A DNA stretch of 64,000 nucleotides from Clostridia bacterium (GTDB taxonomy: Bacteria > Bacillota > Clostridia > Monoglobales > Monoglobaceae): contig JAZNNB010000030.1 in the NCBI GenBank assembly GCA_045580025.1, positions 17,891 through 81,890 of the forward strand, written 5' to 3'. Made by a program: the position numbers and the translations under genes. Of this stretch, positions 7,975-18,198 are shown piece by piece (the stretch's first letter is position 1; every line of letters begins with the position of its first letter). The notes beneath the pieces were generated by a model that saw only the letters and a program-made list of their open reading frames with translations, did not search any database and had not been told where the DNA came from.

Positions 7975-9531
7975 TTGAAAAACCATGCCTCTTCCAAAGC
8001 CGTACGCACCATCAGTTTTATGGCTATTATCATATTCTGTGCAAAGTTTATGGGGCTTCTCCGAGAAACACTTATTGCCAGCGTTTATGGTCAGGGTTTT
8101 GAGTCTGACATTTTAAATACTGCCTCACAGATTCCTCTGCTATTTTTTGATATGACTTTGGGGGTTGCTATTCTTTCAACCTTTGTTCCCGTTTTCAATA
8201 TGTTTTTAGAGCGTGACGGAAAGATTCGTGCAATGAAGTTTGCCAACAGCTTTTTCGCAACGGTGGTCATCATTTCATCCCTTGCGGCATTTCTCGGTAT
8301 GATTTTTGCATATCCCCTTGTTCGTCTTATGGTGCCGGGATATTCTGCCGAAAAGACTGCTGCCACCGCCGTTCTTCTTCGGGTTTTGTTCCCGTCAATA
8401 GTTTTTACCGCTGCGGCTTATACCGCAGTTGGCATACTCCAATCCTTTGGAGAATTCAATATTCCGTCAATAATCAGCGTTGTTTCAAACCTGATAATGA
8501 TTTTGTATCTCATTTTTGCAGGCAACCGTTTTGGACTTTTGGGAGTTGTTATTTCAATGGTAATCGCCTGGGCATCTCAGTTGATTATCCAAATACCTCA
8601 TCTCTTAAAAAGCGGATGGCGATGGAGCTTTGGTTTCAGTCTTCGTGACGAAGGCATTCGCGATGCCGCAAAGCTGGCACTCCCTGTTCTTATCAGCTCG
8701 TGGATTCAACCTCTTTGTGTGGTTATCAATATGGCGTTTTCGTCCTCTATGGGCGACGGTGCCGTGTCTGGTCTTAACTGGGCAAACAAAATTTATATAA
8801 TAATGGTAGGCGTTTTTGCCTATGCAGTTACAAACTTTATTTTTCCCCGTCTTTCAAGGCTTGGCAGTAGCTCCAAAAATGATGAATTCAAAGAAACCAC
8901 AAGACTTTCTTTGGGCTGGATTATCTTTATCATAGCGTACGTTTCAGCTATGTTCATTGCCCTTTCAAAGCCTATAATAAAAATCATTTTTGAATATGGT
9001 GCTTTTTCAGCAGAAAACACAAAAACCACCTCAACAGCCCTCCTATTTTATTCATTCGGTATGGTAGGCTATGCAATCTGCGAAATTCTAAACAAAAGCT
9101 TTTATGCCCTCCGCGACGGCAAAACACCAATGCTTACCGCCGCTTTTGGAATTTTCATAAACCTTGTATCAGCTTTTGTTTTCGTAAAACTCTTCAAAAT
9201 GGGCATTGGCGGTCTTGCTTTGGCAAGTGCTGTGAGCTCACTTGTTATGGCTTCGGTTCTTCTTTATATGATAAACAAAAAGGAATCAGGAACAATCACT
9301 GGAAAATTTATCAAAAACGCAGCAAAAACCGTGGTCTCTGCCGCTGTTTGCGGCTTTGTTGCTTTTGTTTTCTATGAATTTTTATCACCCAACGAAATGG
9401 GCCGCATTTCAAATTTTATTTTCTGCGGTGCATCTGCAGGCGTAGCCCTTATCTTATATCTGATACTTAGTTTTGTTTTGAAGCTTGACGAATTTGACCA
9501 AATCAGGAGGTTTATTCATTATGAAAAATAA
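7975..9531 (+). CDS. murJ: Lipid II flippase MurJ/MviN family (MOP superfamily)
   Basis: 518 aa with about 14 TM segments. The N-terminal signature is KFMGLLRETLIASVYGQG. AAAGGAGGA lies upstream of the TTG start. Confidence 0.85.
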   Translation: MKNHASSKAVRTISFMAIIIFCAKFMGLLRETLIASVYGQGFESDILNTASQIPLLFFDMTLGVAILSTFVPVFNMFLERDGKIRAMKFANSFFATVVIISSLAAFLGMIFAYPLVRLMVPGYSAEKTAATAVLLRVLFPSIVFTAAAYTAVGILQSFGEFNIPSIISVVSNLIMILYLIFAGNRFGLLGVVISMVIAWASQLIIQIPHLLKSGWRWSFGFSLRDEGIRDAAKLALPVLISSWIQPLCVVINMAFSSSMGDGAVSGLNWANKIYIIMVGVFAYAVTNFIFPRLSRLGSSSKNDEFKETTRLSLGWIIFIIAYVSAMFIALSKPIIKIIFEYGAFSAENTKTTSTALLFYSFGMVGYAICEILNKSFYALRDGKTPMLTAAFGIFINLVSAFVFVKLFKMGIGGLALASAVSSLVMASVLLYMINKKESGTITGKFIKNAAKTVVSAAVCGFVAFVFYEFLSPNEMGRISNFIFCGASAGVALILYLILSFVLKLDEFDQIRRFIHYEK

Positions 9532-11419
9532 CGGCTTTTTCATAACAGCTTGGCTTTGTTTTTACAATATGATAATCAAAAACAGCATTGCCTATCGCTG
9601 GCTTTTGGGGCTGTATAACGGCATTTCAAAAGTTTGGAGAGAATCCTTTATCACCAATCTTTTCAGAAGAAAATTTTTCTCCGAAAATTCTCTTAAAAAC
9701 AGCTTGTGGGGAAAGATTTGTTTTTCACCCTTTTCTCTTCTGGAAAAAATTGCCGACAGTTTTGGCGAAAAGTTGGTTGCTCAAAAAGAAAAAAGTCATA
9801 TAGTCAGATTTTTTAAGTACTTTTTGCACAACTGTCTTGCCCTTAACTTGCGTTTTCTCGGGGTGTTCATTTTCTTTGGTGCCCTTTCAGACCTTTTGAT
9901 ATCGCTTTTAGGCGGAGGAAAAATTCTTCTTTCGCTTTCAGCAATGATTTTGGGCGCATTTTTTTATATTTTCGATTCCAATCTCACAACCGCATTTAAA
10001 AGTTCCAAATTTGTTGGTTTTATAGAAAATTGCCTTGATATAAAATTTAATTTTGATTTCTTCTATATTACCAAGTGCGAGGGAAAGATGAGACTCATAA
10101 CCGCCGTAATCTTAGGCATCTTATCAGGACTTATCTGCGGCATTCTTTCACCGGTTTTCGCCCTTTTGTTCGTTTTTGGACTGCTTTTCTTCTGCCTTGT
10201 ACTTTACAAAGTGGAGTTTGGTGTATTCATCACAGTTTTCCTTGCACCTCTCGTGCCCACCATGGCACTTGTGGGGCTCTCACTCCTTTGTCTTTTCTCT
10301 TTGATTGTGAAATATCTCACCAACAAAAAGTTTTTGTGGCACTTTGAGGGCTGTGGCCTTATGATAATCACCATGCTTATCATATATCTGATTTCGGCAC
10401 TTGCCTCTTTTGCCCCCTTCAAAAGTGTTCAGATATGGCTTGTATACTTTGCATTTATGATATTTTATTTCGTAATTATAAATACCATAAAAACAAAAAA
10501 TCAACTGTTCAACATTCTGAAAGTTTTTGTTCTCTCAGGCGGAATTGTTTGTCTTTACGGAATTTTGCAATATATTTTCGGCTGGAATGTAAATCAGGCG
10601 TGGATGGACGAAGAAATGTTTGAAGACATCAAAATGCGCATTTACTCAACCTTGGAAAATCCAAACGTTCTTGGTGAATACATTCTTCTGGTTCTTCCTG
10701 TTTGCATTTCACTTATGTGGACATCCAAAAAGGCTTGGACAAAAATTGTTTATGCCACTCTTTCAGGGCTTATGGGCGTGGCGCTCATCCTCACTTTCTC
10801 CCGTGGCTGTTGGCTTGGAATTATGGCGTCGGCATCAGTTTTTGTAACTTTCGTCTGCGGAAAGCTTTGGGGACTTGCTCTTATTGCCTTGCCTATTATC
10901 CCTATGGTCCTTCCGGAAAGTATAATCAACCGTTTCTTAAGTATCGGTGATATGAAAGACTCCTCCACGTCTTACCGTGTTTATATATGGATGGGTACAC
11001 TTCTTATGCTGAAAGATTTTTGGCTCTCAGGCATTGGCCCCGGAACAGAAGCCTTCACTCAGGTTTATCCATTTTATTCCTACAGTGCCATTGTTGCGCC
11101 ACACTCCCACAATCTGTTCCTGCAGATTTTGGTGGAATCGGGAATTTTGGGAATATTATCCTTTGTGCTTCTTATGTTCCTTTTCATAAAGAACTCCGTT
11201 TTGGGATACCTTGTCTTTGGCAAGGGAAATCCTTTCTCCGTAGTGATTGTTGGTATCGCCTCGGGAATCTTTGGATTTATGGTGCAGGGACTTTTTGACA
11301 ACTGTTTTTACAACTACCGCGTATTTATGATTTTCTTCACGGTGATAGCACTTGGCATCACCGCATCAAAAATAGCAAAAACCGAGTCGGAAAAACCGGA
11401 GGTGTCTCAGAATGCTTAA
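9521..11419 (+). CDS. O-antigen ligase / Wzy_C-domain polytopic membrane protein
   Basis: ATG 9521 follows AGGAGG and overlaps the murJ end by 11 nt. Wzy_C hallmarks are LILTFSRGCWLG and APHSHNLFLQILVESGILG. Confidence 0.8.
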   Translation: MKNNGFFITAWLCFYNMIIKNSIAYRWLLGLYNGISKVWRESFITNLFRRKFFSENSLKNSLWGKICFSPFSLLEKIADSFGEKLVAQKEKSHIVRFFKYFLHNCLALNLRFLGVFIFFGALSDLLISLLGGGKILLSLSAMILGAFFYIFDSNLTTAFKSSKFVGFIENCLDIKFNFDFFYITKCEGKMRLITAVILGILSGLICGILSPVFALLFVFGLLFFCLVLYKVEFGVFITVFLAPLVPTMALVGLSLLCLFSLIVKYLTNKKFLWHFEGCGLMIITMLIIYLISALASFAPFKSVQIWLVYFAFMIFYFVIINTIKTKNQLFNILKVFVLSGGIVCLYGILQYIFGWNVNQAWMDEEMFEDIKMRIYSTLENPNVLGEYILLVLPVCISLMWTSKKAWTKIVYATLSGLMGVALILTFSRGCWLGIMASASVFVTFVCGKLWGLALIALPIIPMVLPESIINRFLSIGDMKDSSTSYRVYIWMGTLLMLKDFWLSGIGPGTEAFTQVYPFYSYSAIVAPHSHNLFLQILVESGILGILSFVLLMFLFIKNSVLGYLVFGKGNPFSVVIVGIASGIFGFMVQGLFDNCFYNYRVFMIFFTVIALGITASKIAKTESEKPEVSQNA

Positions 11420-12533
11420 AGTTTTGCAAGTTTGTTCGGACACAAATATCGGCGGTGCAGGAAAGTGCATTCTCACTTATCTCAAGCATTGCGACAAAGA
11501 AAAGCTGAACATGGCTGTGGTTCTTCCATCAAACAGCCTGCTTACGCCAAAGGTTGAGGAGCTGGGTTTTAAGGTCTTTGAAATAGACGCTATGGCTAAC
11601 AAGTCCCTTGACTTTTCCGCAATCAAAAAGTTCCTTGGGGTTTTCAAAAAATTTAAGCCCCAGATTGTCCATACCCACGCAAGTATGTCAGCACGTATTG
11701 CCGCAAGGCTTTATGGCGCCAAGATAGTATACACAAGGCACAGCGTATTCCCTCCAAATCCACATCTCACTCATGGTCTTGGAAAAGCAATATGCGGCCT
11801 TGCCAACAACTCCACTGCAGACAAAATAATCGCAGTAGCTGAGGCAGCAAAGGAAAATATCTGTGACATAGGCGTAAATGAAAGTAAAATTGACGTTATC
11901 CTAAACGGTGTGGAACCTCTTCGCAAATATTCTGACGAAGAAATTGCAAAAATCAAGGCAGACTGGGGCATCCCACCAGATTGCAAATGCACTGCCATTG
12001 TTGCACGTCTCAATGAGGTAAAAGGCCACAAATACTTTGTTGAAGCCGCAAAGATTTTGAAGAATCGCGGCATAAAGGCTCGGTTTCTTATTGCAGGTAC
12101 TGGTGATATGTCAAAAGCCATACGTAAGCAAATCATAGATTCAGGCCTTGAAGATTACGTCATTATGCTGGGCTTTCTCGACAATGTTGAGCCACTTATG
12201 AACATCATAGACGTTCAGGCAAACTGCTCATTTGGGACTGAGGCCACCAGTCTCTCACTTCTTGAGGGTATGAGCCTTGGAAAACCCGCTGTGGTTTCGA
12301 ACTTCGGTGGAAACCCCGGTGTAATCAAGAATAACAAAAACGGATTTGTTGTGCCTACCCACGATTCTATGGCTCTTGCAGAAAAACTGGCTATGCTCTT
12401 CGGGGACAGTGACCTCTATTCAAAGTTCTCAGAGGGTAGCACCGAAATTTTCAATTCAACATTCACTGCAAAAAAATATGCAGAAAACATTGATAATATC
12501 TATTTAAGTCTCGGAGGTAAAAACAATGACTAA
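11412..12533 (+). CDS. Glycosyltransferase family 4 (GT-B fold)
   Basis: 373 aa. It has a GT4-type N-terminus (KVLQVCSDTNIGGAGK) and a C-terminal EATSLSLLEGMSLGKPAVVS motif. It overlaps both neighbouring genes. Confidence 0.85.
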   Translation: MLKVLQVCSDTNIGGAGKCILTYLKHCDKEKLNMAVVLPSNSLLTPKVEELGFKVFEIDAMANKSLDFSAIKKFLGVFKKFKPQIVHTHASMSARIAARLYGAKIVYTRHSVFPPNPHLTHGLGKAICGLANNSTADKIIAVAEAAKENICDIGVNESKIDVILNGVEPLRKYSDEEIAKIKADWGIPPDCKCTAIVARLNEVKGHKYFVEAAKILKNRGIKARFLIAGTGDMSKAIRKQIIDSGLEDYVIMLGFLDNVEPLMNIIDVQANCSFGTEATSLSLLEGMSLGKPAVVSNFGGNPGVIKNNKNGFVVPTHDSMALAEKLAMLFGDSDLYSKFSEGSTEIFNSTFTAKKYAENIDNIYLSLGGKNND

Positions 12534-13020
12534 AGCAAAATTCAACATTATTGATGCCCTGATTGTTGTAGCAGTGGTTTTAATCGCCGTTGTTGCCGTA
12601 TGGTTTCTTGGTGGAAATAACGACACAGGCACTGCCAACGAAACACAAAACACTACTGCGATATTCAAAATTCAGCTTACCAAAGCAGAAAAAACCCTTT
12701 ATGACAAATTTCTCGCAGGTTTAGAAAATGACGAGAGCGTGTGGATAGGCATTAAAGAACGCTTTGAAGGAAAGCTTACAGGTATTGAACTTTCTCCCGC
12801 TTCAAAGGTTGGCACTGATTTATCATCAGGTAAAGCTGTTCTTTTAGAAGACCCTGTTCTTTATGACATAACCCTTGAGGTGACTGCCAACGCCCTTGAA
12901 ACCAAAAGCGAGATTTCTTCATCAAACACCCCCATCCGCGTTGGCGAAGAGACCGCCATTCGCGGCAAAGGTTTTGCAGGATATGGTTTTGTGATTGACC
13001 TTGCAACCTGCGCTCAATAA
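12526..13020 (+). CDS. DUF4330-like membrane-anchored protein, first paralog
   Basis: N-terminal anchor FNIIDALIVVAVVLIAVVAVWFLG followed by a beta-rich ectodomain. The start overlaps the GT4 stop by 8 nt. Confidence 0.7.
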   Translation: MTKAKFNIIDALIVVAVVLIAVVAVWFLGGNNDTGTANETQNTTAIFKIQLTKAEKTLYDKFLAGLENDESVWIGIKERFEGKLTGIELSPASKVGTDLSSGKAVLLEDPVLYDITLEVTANALETKSEISSSNTPIRVGEETAIRGKGFAGYGFVIDLATCAQ

Positions 13021-13042
13021 AGAATAAATGGAGGAAAAATTT

Positions 13043-13537
13043 ATGTTTATCAACAAAGAAGGAAAGCTGTTTGGAAAAATCAGCATTATTGATATAATTG
13101 TTATTCTTGCAATTTTGGTGGGTGCTTTTGGATTTTACACAAGATTTTTTGTGAGCGAAAAGAAAGTTGAAACTGCCGCAAGCCACATCGAATACACTAT
13201 GAAAGTCAAAGAGGTCCGTATCGGCACAGTCAATGCCCTGAAAAACTATATGGGGCCTGTTACCGATACAACCACAAAAGAATATTTGGGTGATATCGTG
13301 GATGTTACTTACACGGATTCAACCAAAGCCGTGGAAACAACAAACGGAAAAATGAATGCATCACTTATCCCCGAGAGATACGATGTTACGCTTACAGTAA
13401 AAGTTGACGGAAAGATAAATGACTCTGGTTTTTATACCGCAAACAATCAGGCACTTGCTGCCGGTTCATCCTATGTCTTCACAACAAAAGCGGCAAAAAC
13501 CACTGGAACAATTACGGATGTATACGAAATAAAATAA
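13043..13537 (+). CDS. DUF4330-like membrane-anchored protein, second paralog
   Basis: GGAGGA lies 7 nt upstream of ATG 13043. Anchor KISIIDIIVILAILVGAFGFY. It shares the YD(I/V)TL(E/T)V motif with the first copy. Confidence 0.7.
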   Translation: MFINKEGKLFGKISIIDIIVILAILVGAFGFYTRFFVSEKKVETAASHIEYTMKVKEVRIGTVNALKNYMGPVTDTTTKEYLGDIVDVTYTDSTKAVETTNGKMNASLIPERYDVTLTVKVDGKINDSGFYTANNQALAAGSSYVFTTKAAKTTGTITDVYEIK

Positions 13538-13541
13538 CATT

Positions 13542-13569
13542 TAGCGGTGGCAAGTTTTTGCCGCCGCTA
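13542..13569 (+). terminator. Hairpin after the DUF4330 pair (weak U-tract)
   Basis: Stem tagcggtggcaa / ttgccgccgcta with one G-U pair. The downstream T-run is poor. Confidence 0.5.
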
Positions 13570-13592
13570 AGATTCTTTAGGAGTGTCGCCTT

Positions 13593-15320
13593 ATGTTCAG
13601 ACGTTTTTCAGTTTATTACAAACCATATATAGGAATTATCCTAATCGACCTTTTGTGTGCTGCTCTCTCAACCATCTGTGAACTTGTTTTTCCTATGATT
13701 GTCCGAACAATCACAAACACTGCACAAATGGGGCCCGGCGCACTGCTGATTTCAACCGTATTGAAGCTTGGTGCTCTTTATCTTTTTCTGCGGATTGTTG
13801 ACACTGTGGCAAACTATTTTATGGCGAATGTAGGTCACGTTATGGGGGCGAAGCTTGAAACGGATATGCGCCATGACCTTTTTAATCACCTTGAAAAGCT
13901 ACCCTTTAAATTTTTTGACAACACAAAAATCGGTCAGCTTATGTCAAGAGTGACTACCGACCTTTTCGACATAACCGAGTTTTCACATCACTGCCCTGAA
14001 GAATTTTTTATTGCAGGAATCAAAATAATCGGTGCATTCATAATCCTGGGAAGAATAAATCTCACCTTTACTGCCATAATATTTTTGCTTCTTCCCCTTA
14101 TGCTGATTTCAGTGTTTGTATTCCGCAAAAATATGAAAAATGCATTCAAGGAACAACGCAAGCAAGTAGGCGAACTTAATGCTGACCTTGAAGACAGTCT
14201 TCTTGGCACAAGGGTTGTGAAAAGCTTTGCAAACGAAGACTTGGAGCGCAAAAAATTTGCCGAAGGCAACAAGAAGTTCTTTATCACTAAGAAAAATGCT
14301 TACAAATATATGGCACTTTTTCAGGCAGGAACAAGATTTTTTGACGGTGTTATGTATATTGCAGTAATCGTTATCGGCTCGATTTTTATGATAAACGGCC
14401 ACCTCACTCCTGCTGACCTTATTGCGTATCTCCTTTATATACAAACCCTGATAACGTCAATAAGGCGTATTGTGGAGTTCACCGAGCAATTCCAGAAAGG
14501 AATTACTGGTATTGAACGTTTCTTTGAAATACTGGACGAGCCTGTGGAGGAATATAATCCCAAAGACTGTATTGAACTTGAGAATGTGTCGGGAAACATT
14601 GACTTCAACGATATTTCATTCAAATATTCAGACGGCGAAAAGGATGTCCTCAGCCACATTGATCTCCACATAAAAAAGGGGGAAAATATTGCTTTTGTTG
14701 GCCCGTCAGGTGGCGGAAAGACCACTCTTTGCAATCTTATACCAAAATTCTATGATTTAAAAAGCGGAAACATAACAATAGACGGTATTGACATAAACAA
14801 TATTTCCCTTTCATCCCTCAGAAATAACATCGGTATGGTTCAGCAGGACGTTTATCTCTTCAGCGGCTCGGTTTATGAAAATATTATTTACGGAAAGCCT
14901 GACGCCACCCGTGACGAAGTTATGGAAGCAGCAAAGCTTGCCGGCGCTCACGACTTCATTATGGAGCTTAAAGACGGATATGATACCTATGTGGGTGAAC
15001 GGGGACTCAAGCTTTCAGGGGGACAAAAACAAAGAATTTCAATCGCCCGCCTGTTTTTGAAAAATCCGCCTATCCTTATTCTTGACGAGGCAACCTCTGC
15101 CCTTGACAATGAAAGCGAACTCCTTGTTCAAAACTCTTTGAAACGACTCTCTCAGGGGCGTACAACCCTTACGATTGCTCACCGCCTCACCACCATCAAA
15201 AATGCCACAAGAATTTTTGTTCTGACACAAGACGGAATCTCCGAAAGCGGCACACATCAGGAGCTTATGGAAAAGAAAGGTGAATATGCAAAACTGTATT
15301 CTCTTTACGGCACCCTTTAA
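13593..15320 (+). CDS. ABC exporter, fused permease and ATPase (MsbA/multidrug type)
   Basis: Six-TM N-terminal domain, Walker A GPSGGGKTT, signature LSGGQKQRISIAR, Walker B ILILDEATSALD. Confidence 0.9.
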   Translation: MFRRFSVYYKPYIGIILIDLLCAALSTICELVFPMIVRTITNTAQMGPGALLISTVLKLGALYLFLRIVDTVANYFMANVGHVMGAKLETDMRHDLFNHLEKLPFKFFDNTKIGQLMSRVTTDLFDITEFSHHCPEEFFIAGIKIIGAFIILGRINLTFTAIIFLLLPLMLISVFVFRKNMKNAFKEQRKQVGELNADLEDSLLGTRVVKSFANEDLERKKFAEGNKKFFITKKNAYKYMALFQAGTRFFDGVMYIAVIVIGSIFMINGHLTPADLIAYLLYIQTLITSIRRIVEFTEQFQKGITGIERFFEILDEPVEEYNPKDCIELENVSGNIDFNDISFKYSDGEKDVLSHIDLHIKKGENIAFVGPSGGGKTTLCNLIPKFYDLKSGNITIDGIDINNISLSSLRNNIGMVQQDVYLFSGSVYENIIYGKPDATRDEVMEAAKLAGAHDFIMELKDGYDTYVGERGLKLSGGQKQRISIARLFLKNPPILILDEATSALDNESELLVQNSLKRLSQGRTTLTIAHRLTTIKNATRIFVLTQDGISESGTHQELMEKKGEYAKLYSLYGTL

Positions 15321-15326
15321 AAACAT

Positions 15327-15356
15327 AACGGCAATGGGTTTCCCATTGCCGTTTTT
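15327..15356. terminator. Bidirectional rho-independent terminator (ABC exporter / uvrA)
   Basis: Stem acggcaatggg / cccattgccgt with T-runs on both strands. Confidence 0.85.
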
Positions 15357-15363
15357 ATTATGC

Positions 15364-18198
15364 TTATTTTTTCTTTAATACCTCTTTAAGATACTGTCCC
15401 GTATAAGATTTCTTACTCTTTGCCACCTCTTCAGGAGTGCCACAGGCAACAATGCTGCCACCACGGTCTCCGCCTTCGGGTCCTAAGTCAATAATATAAT
15501 CCGAGATTTTTATCATATCAAGGTTGTGTTCAATGAGAACAACGGTATTTCCCGCATCCACTAGTCTCTGTAAAACCTCAATAAGCTTATGGACGTCAGC
15601 GGTATGAAGACCTGTTGTTGGCTCGTCAAGAATATAAATTGTCTTTCCCGTACTGCGCTTGCTCAGCTCTGTGGCAAGCTTCACACGTTGTGCCTCGCCG
15701 CCCGAAAGAGTGGTGGAGGACTGACCTATTTTTATATATCCAAGCCCAACCTCAAAAAGGGTCTTAAGTCTGTTTGCGATTTTGGGAATGTTCTCAAAGA
15801 ACTCTACGCCCTCCTCAACTGTCATCTCCAAAACATCGTGAATGCTCTTTCCCTTGTATTTTACTTCCAGCGTCTCACGGTTATATCGTCTTCCCCCGCA
15901 AACCTCACAAGGCATATAAATATCAGGTAAAAAGTGCATCTCAATCTTCACTATGCCATCGCCCTGACAGGATTCACATCTTCCGCCTTTCACATTGAAG
16001 CTGAATCTTCCGGGGCCATATCCCCTCGACTTTGCCTCAGGTGTCATAGCAAAAAGATTTCTTATATCCCCAAACAGCCCTGTATATGTGGCAGGGTTTG
16101 AACGCGGAGTTCTTCCAATAGGCGACTGGTCAATGTTTATTACCTTGTCAAGATATTCAAGTCCGGAAATTTTCTTATACTTTCCGGGTTTTTGCTTTGC
16201 ACGATTAAGCTCATTGGCAAGCACCTTATAAAGAACTTCATTTACAAGAGAACTCTTTCCACTGCCCGAAACCCCTGTTATACAAGTAGCTGTACCAAGA
16301 GGAATTTCTATATCCACATTTTTAAGATTATTCTGTGATGCCCCAAAGAGCTTCAAATAATTTCCGTTTCCTTTTCGTCTGGTCACTGGAACGGGGATTT
16401 TTTTCTTCCCACTCAGATATTGTCCGGTTTCAGACTCTTCACACGCCATAATATCCTCTACACTACCCTCAGCAACAACGTATCCGCCGTGGATACCTGC
16501 CCCTGGCCCTATATCAATTATGTGGTCAGCAGCAAGCATAGTGTCCTCATCGTGTTCCACCACAATCAATGTGTTTCCAAGGTCACGCAATTTTTTCAGC
16601 ATATCTATAAGCTTGTGATTGTCCTTTTGGTGAAGACCAATGCTTGGCTCGTCCAGAATATAAAGAACCCCCATAAGCCCCGAACCAATCTGGCTTGCAA
16701 GCCTTATTCGTTGTGCCTCACCGCCCGAAAGCGTTCCACTGGAACGGGAGAGAGTCAAGTATTCAAGCCCCACACTCTTCAAGAAATTAAGCCGTGCCTT
16801 GATTTCCTTCAGAATTTGATTGCCTATTTGCGCCTCTCTTTCACTAAGCTTGGTATTTTCAAAAAAATTCAGTGCTTCATTTACAGAAAGTCTGCTTATT
16901 TCATCAATGTTCATTTTTTTGACAGTGACAGCAAGGCTTTCTTTCCTCAGCCTTGTACCCTTGCACTCAGGACAGGGCATGGAATACATAAGTTCCTGAA
17001 TTTCTTTTTTTGCCCATTCGGAATTTGTTTCTTTATACCGGCGCTCAATATTGTTCATAACGCCCTCAAACCTTGCATACTGCTCGCCCTTGGCAAACTT
17101 TCTCTCATAAGAAAGGCGAACCTTTTCCCCTTTCGTTCCATACATAATAATTTCCACAATGTCCTTTGGCAAATCTTCAAAAGGGGTGTCAAGACTAAAG
17201 CCATAATGCTCCGAAAGTCCACGATAATACATGGCAGAAACCGACGCCTCATCCGTTCCGGTCCATCCATAACAGTTTATCGCACCCTGGTTTATACTTT
17301 TTGTTTTGTCCGGAACAAGTCTGTCAGGGTCAATAATTTCAACCTGTCCAAGACCCATGCAGTGCGGACACGCTCCATATGGGGTATTGAAGGAAAACAT
17401 TCTCGGGGTAAGCTCCTCAATGCTTATTCCACAGTCATCACAGGCATAATTCTGGCTGAACAGCATCTCTTTATCTTCATCAATAAGCTGAATTACCACC
17501 AGTCCCTTTGCCATTTTGAGTGCTGTTTCAAGGGAATCAGCAAGGCGTTTTTCTATGCCCTCTCTTTGAATAAGTCTATCCACAACAATTTCTATATTAT
17601 GCTTTTTCTGTTTGTCAAGAACAATCTCATCTGATGACGGGTCAAAAATCTCGCCGTCAACCCGCACTCTTACAAATCCATCCTTTGCCGCCTTTTCAAA
17701 CACTTTTGTGTACTCGCCTTTTCTGCCTCTAACTACCGGAGCCAAGATTTGAAATCTTGTCTTTTCAGGCAGTTCCCGTACTGCATCAACAATCTGGTCT
17801 ATCGACTGAGACTTTATTTCTTTTCCGCATTTCGGGCAATGGGGAACGCCTATACGGGCATACAAAAGACGAATATAGTCATAAATTTCCGTCACCGTTC
17901 CCACTGTTGAACGCGGATTTTTGCTTGTGGTTTTCTGGTCAATGGATATGGCGGGAGAAAGTCCGTCTATTGACTCAACATTGGGTTTTTCCATCTGCCC
18001 CAAAAACTGTCTTGCATAGGCAGAAAGAGACTCCACATAACGTCTTTGTCCCTCGGCATAAATGGTTTCAAAAGCAAGGGAAGACTTCCCTGAGCCGCTG
18101 AGACCCGTCAGGACAACCATCTTGTCACGGGGGATTTTGACGTCAATGTTCTTCAAATTATTCTCTTTTGCACCCTTGATATAAATTTCCTTGTGCAT
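15364..18198 (-). CDS. uvrA: Excinuclease ABC subunit A
   Basis: 944 aa. Duplicated ABC modules ([23 protein letters not shown], and LSGGEAQR twice) and zinc-finger Cys pairs. Confidence 0.98.
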   Translation of the reverse strand: MHKEIYIKGAKENNLKNIDVKIPRDKMVVLTGLSGSGKSSLAFETIYAEGQRRYVESLSAYARQFLGQMEKPNVESIDGLSPAISIDQKTTSKNPRSTVGTVTEIYDYIRLLYARIGVPHCPKCGKEIKSQSIDQIVDAVRELPEKTRFQILAPVVRGRKGEYTKVFEKAAKDGFVRVRVDGEIFDPSSDEIVLDKQKKHNIEIVVDRLIQREGIEKRLADSLETALKMAKGLVVIQLIDEDKEMLFSQNYACDDCGISIEELTPRMFSFNTPYGACPHCMGLGQVEIIDPDRLVPDKTKSINQGAINCYGWTGTDEASVSAMYYRGLSEHYGFSLDTPFEDLPKDIVEIIMYGTKGEKVRLSYERKFAKGEQYARFEGVMNNIERRYKETNSEWAKKEIQELMYSMPCPECKGTRLRKESLAVTVKKMNIDEISRLSVNEALNFFENTKLSEREAQIGNQILKEIKARLNFLKSVGLEYLTLSRSSGTLSGGEAQRIRLASQIGSGLMGVLYILDEPSIGLHQKDNHKLIDMLKKLRDLGNTLIVVEHDEDTMLAADHIIDIGPGAGIHGGYVVAEGSVEDIMACEESETGQYLSGKKKIPVPVTRRKGNGNYLKLFGASQNNLKNVDIEIPLGTATCITGVSGSGKSSLVNEVLYKVLANELNRAKQKPGKYKKISGLEYLDKVINIDQSPIGRTPRSNPATYTGLFGDIRNLFAMTPEAKSRGYGPGRFSFNVKGGRCESCQGDGIVKIEMHFLPDIYMPCEVCGGRRYNRETLEVKYKGKSIHDVLEMTVEEGVEFFENIPKIANRLKTLFEVGLGYIKIGQSSTTLSGGEAQRVKLATELSKRSTGKTIYILDEPTTGLHTADVHKLIEVLQRLVDAGNTVVLIEHNLDMIKISDYIIDLGPEGGDRGGSIVACGTPEEVAKSKKSYTGQYLKEVLKKK

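Noticed and set aside
16420-17634. A 404-aa open reading frame on the plus strand, antisense to uvrA
   Set aside because: It lies entirely inside the uvrA coding region, whose identity is very well supported. It has no Shine-Dalgarno. Its translation is low-complexity (rich in F, L, I, K, N and C) with no recognisable motif. Long stop-free antisense frames are a known by-product of codon periodicity.
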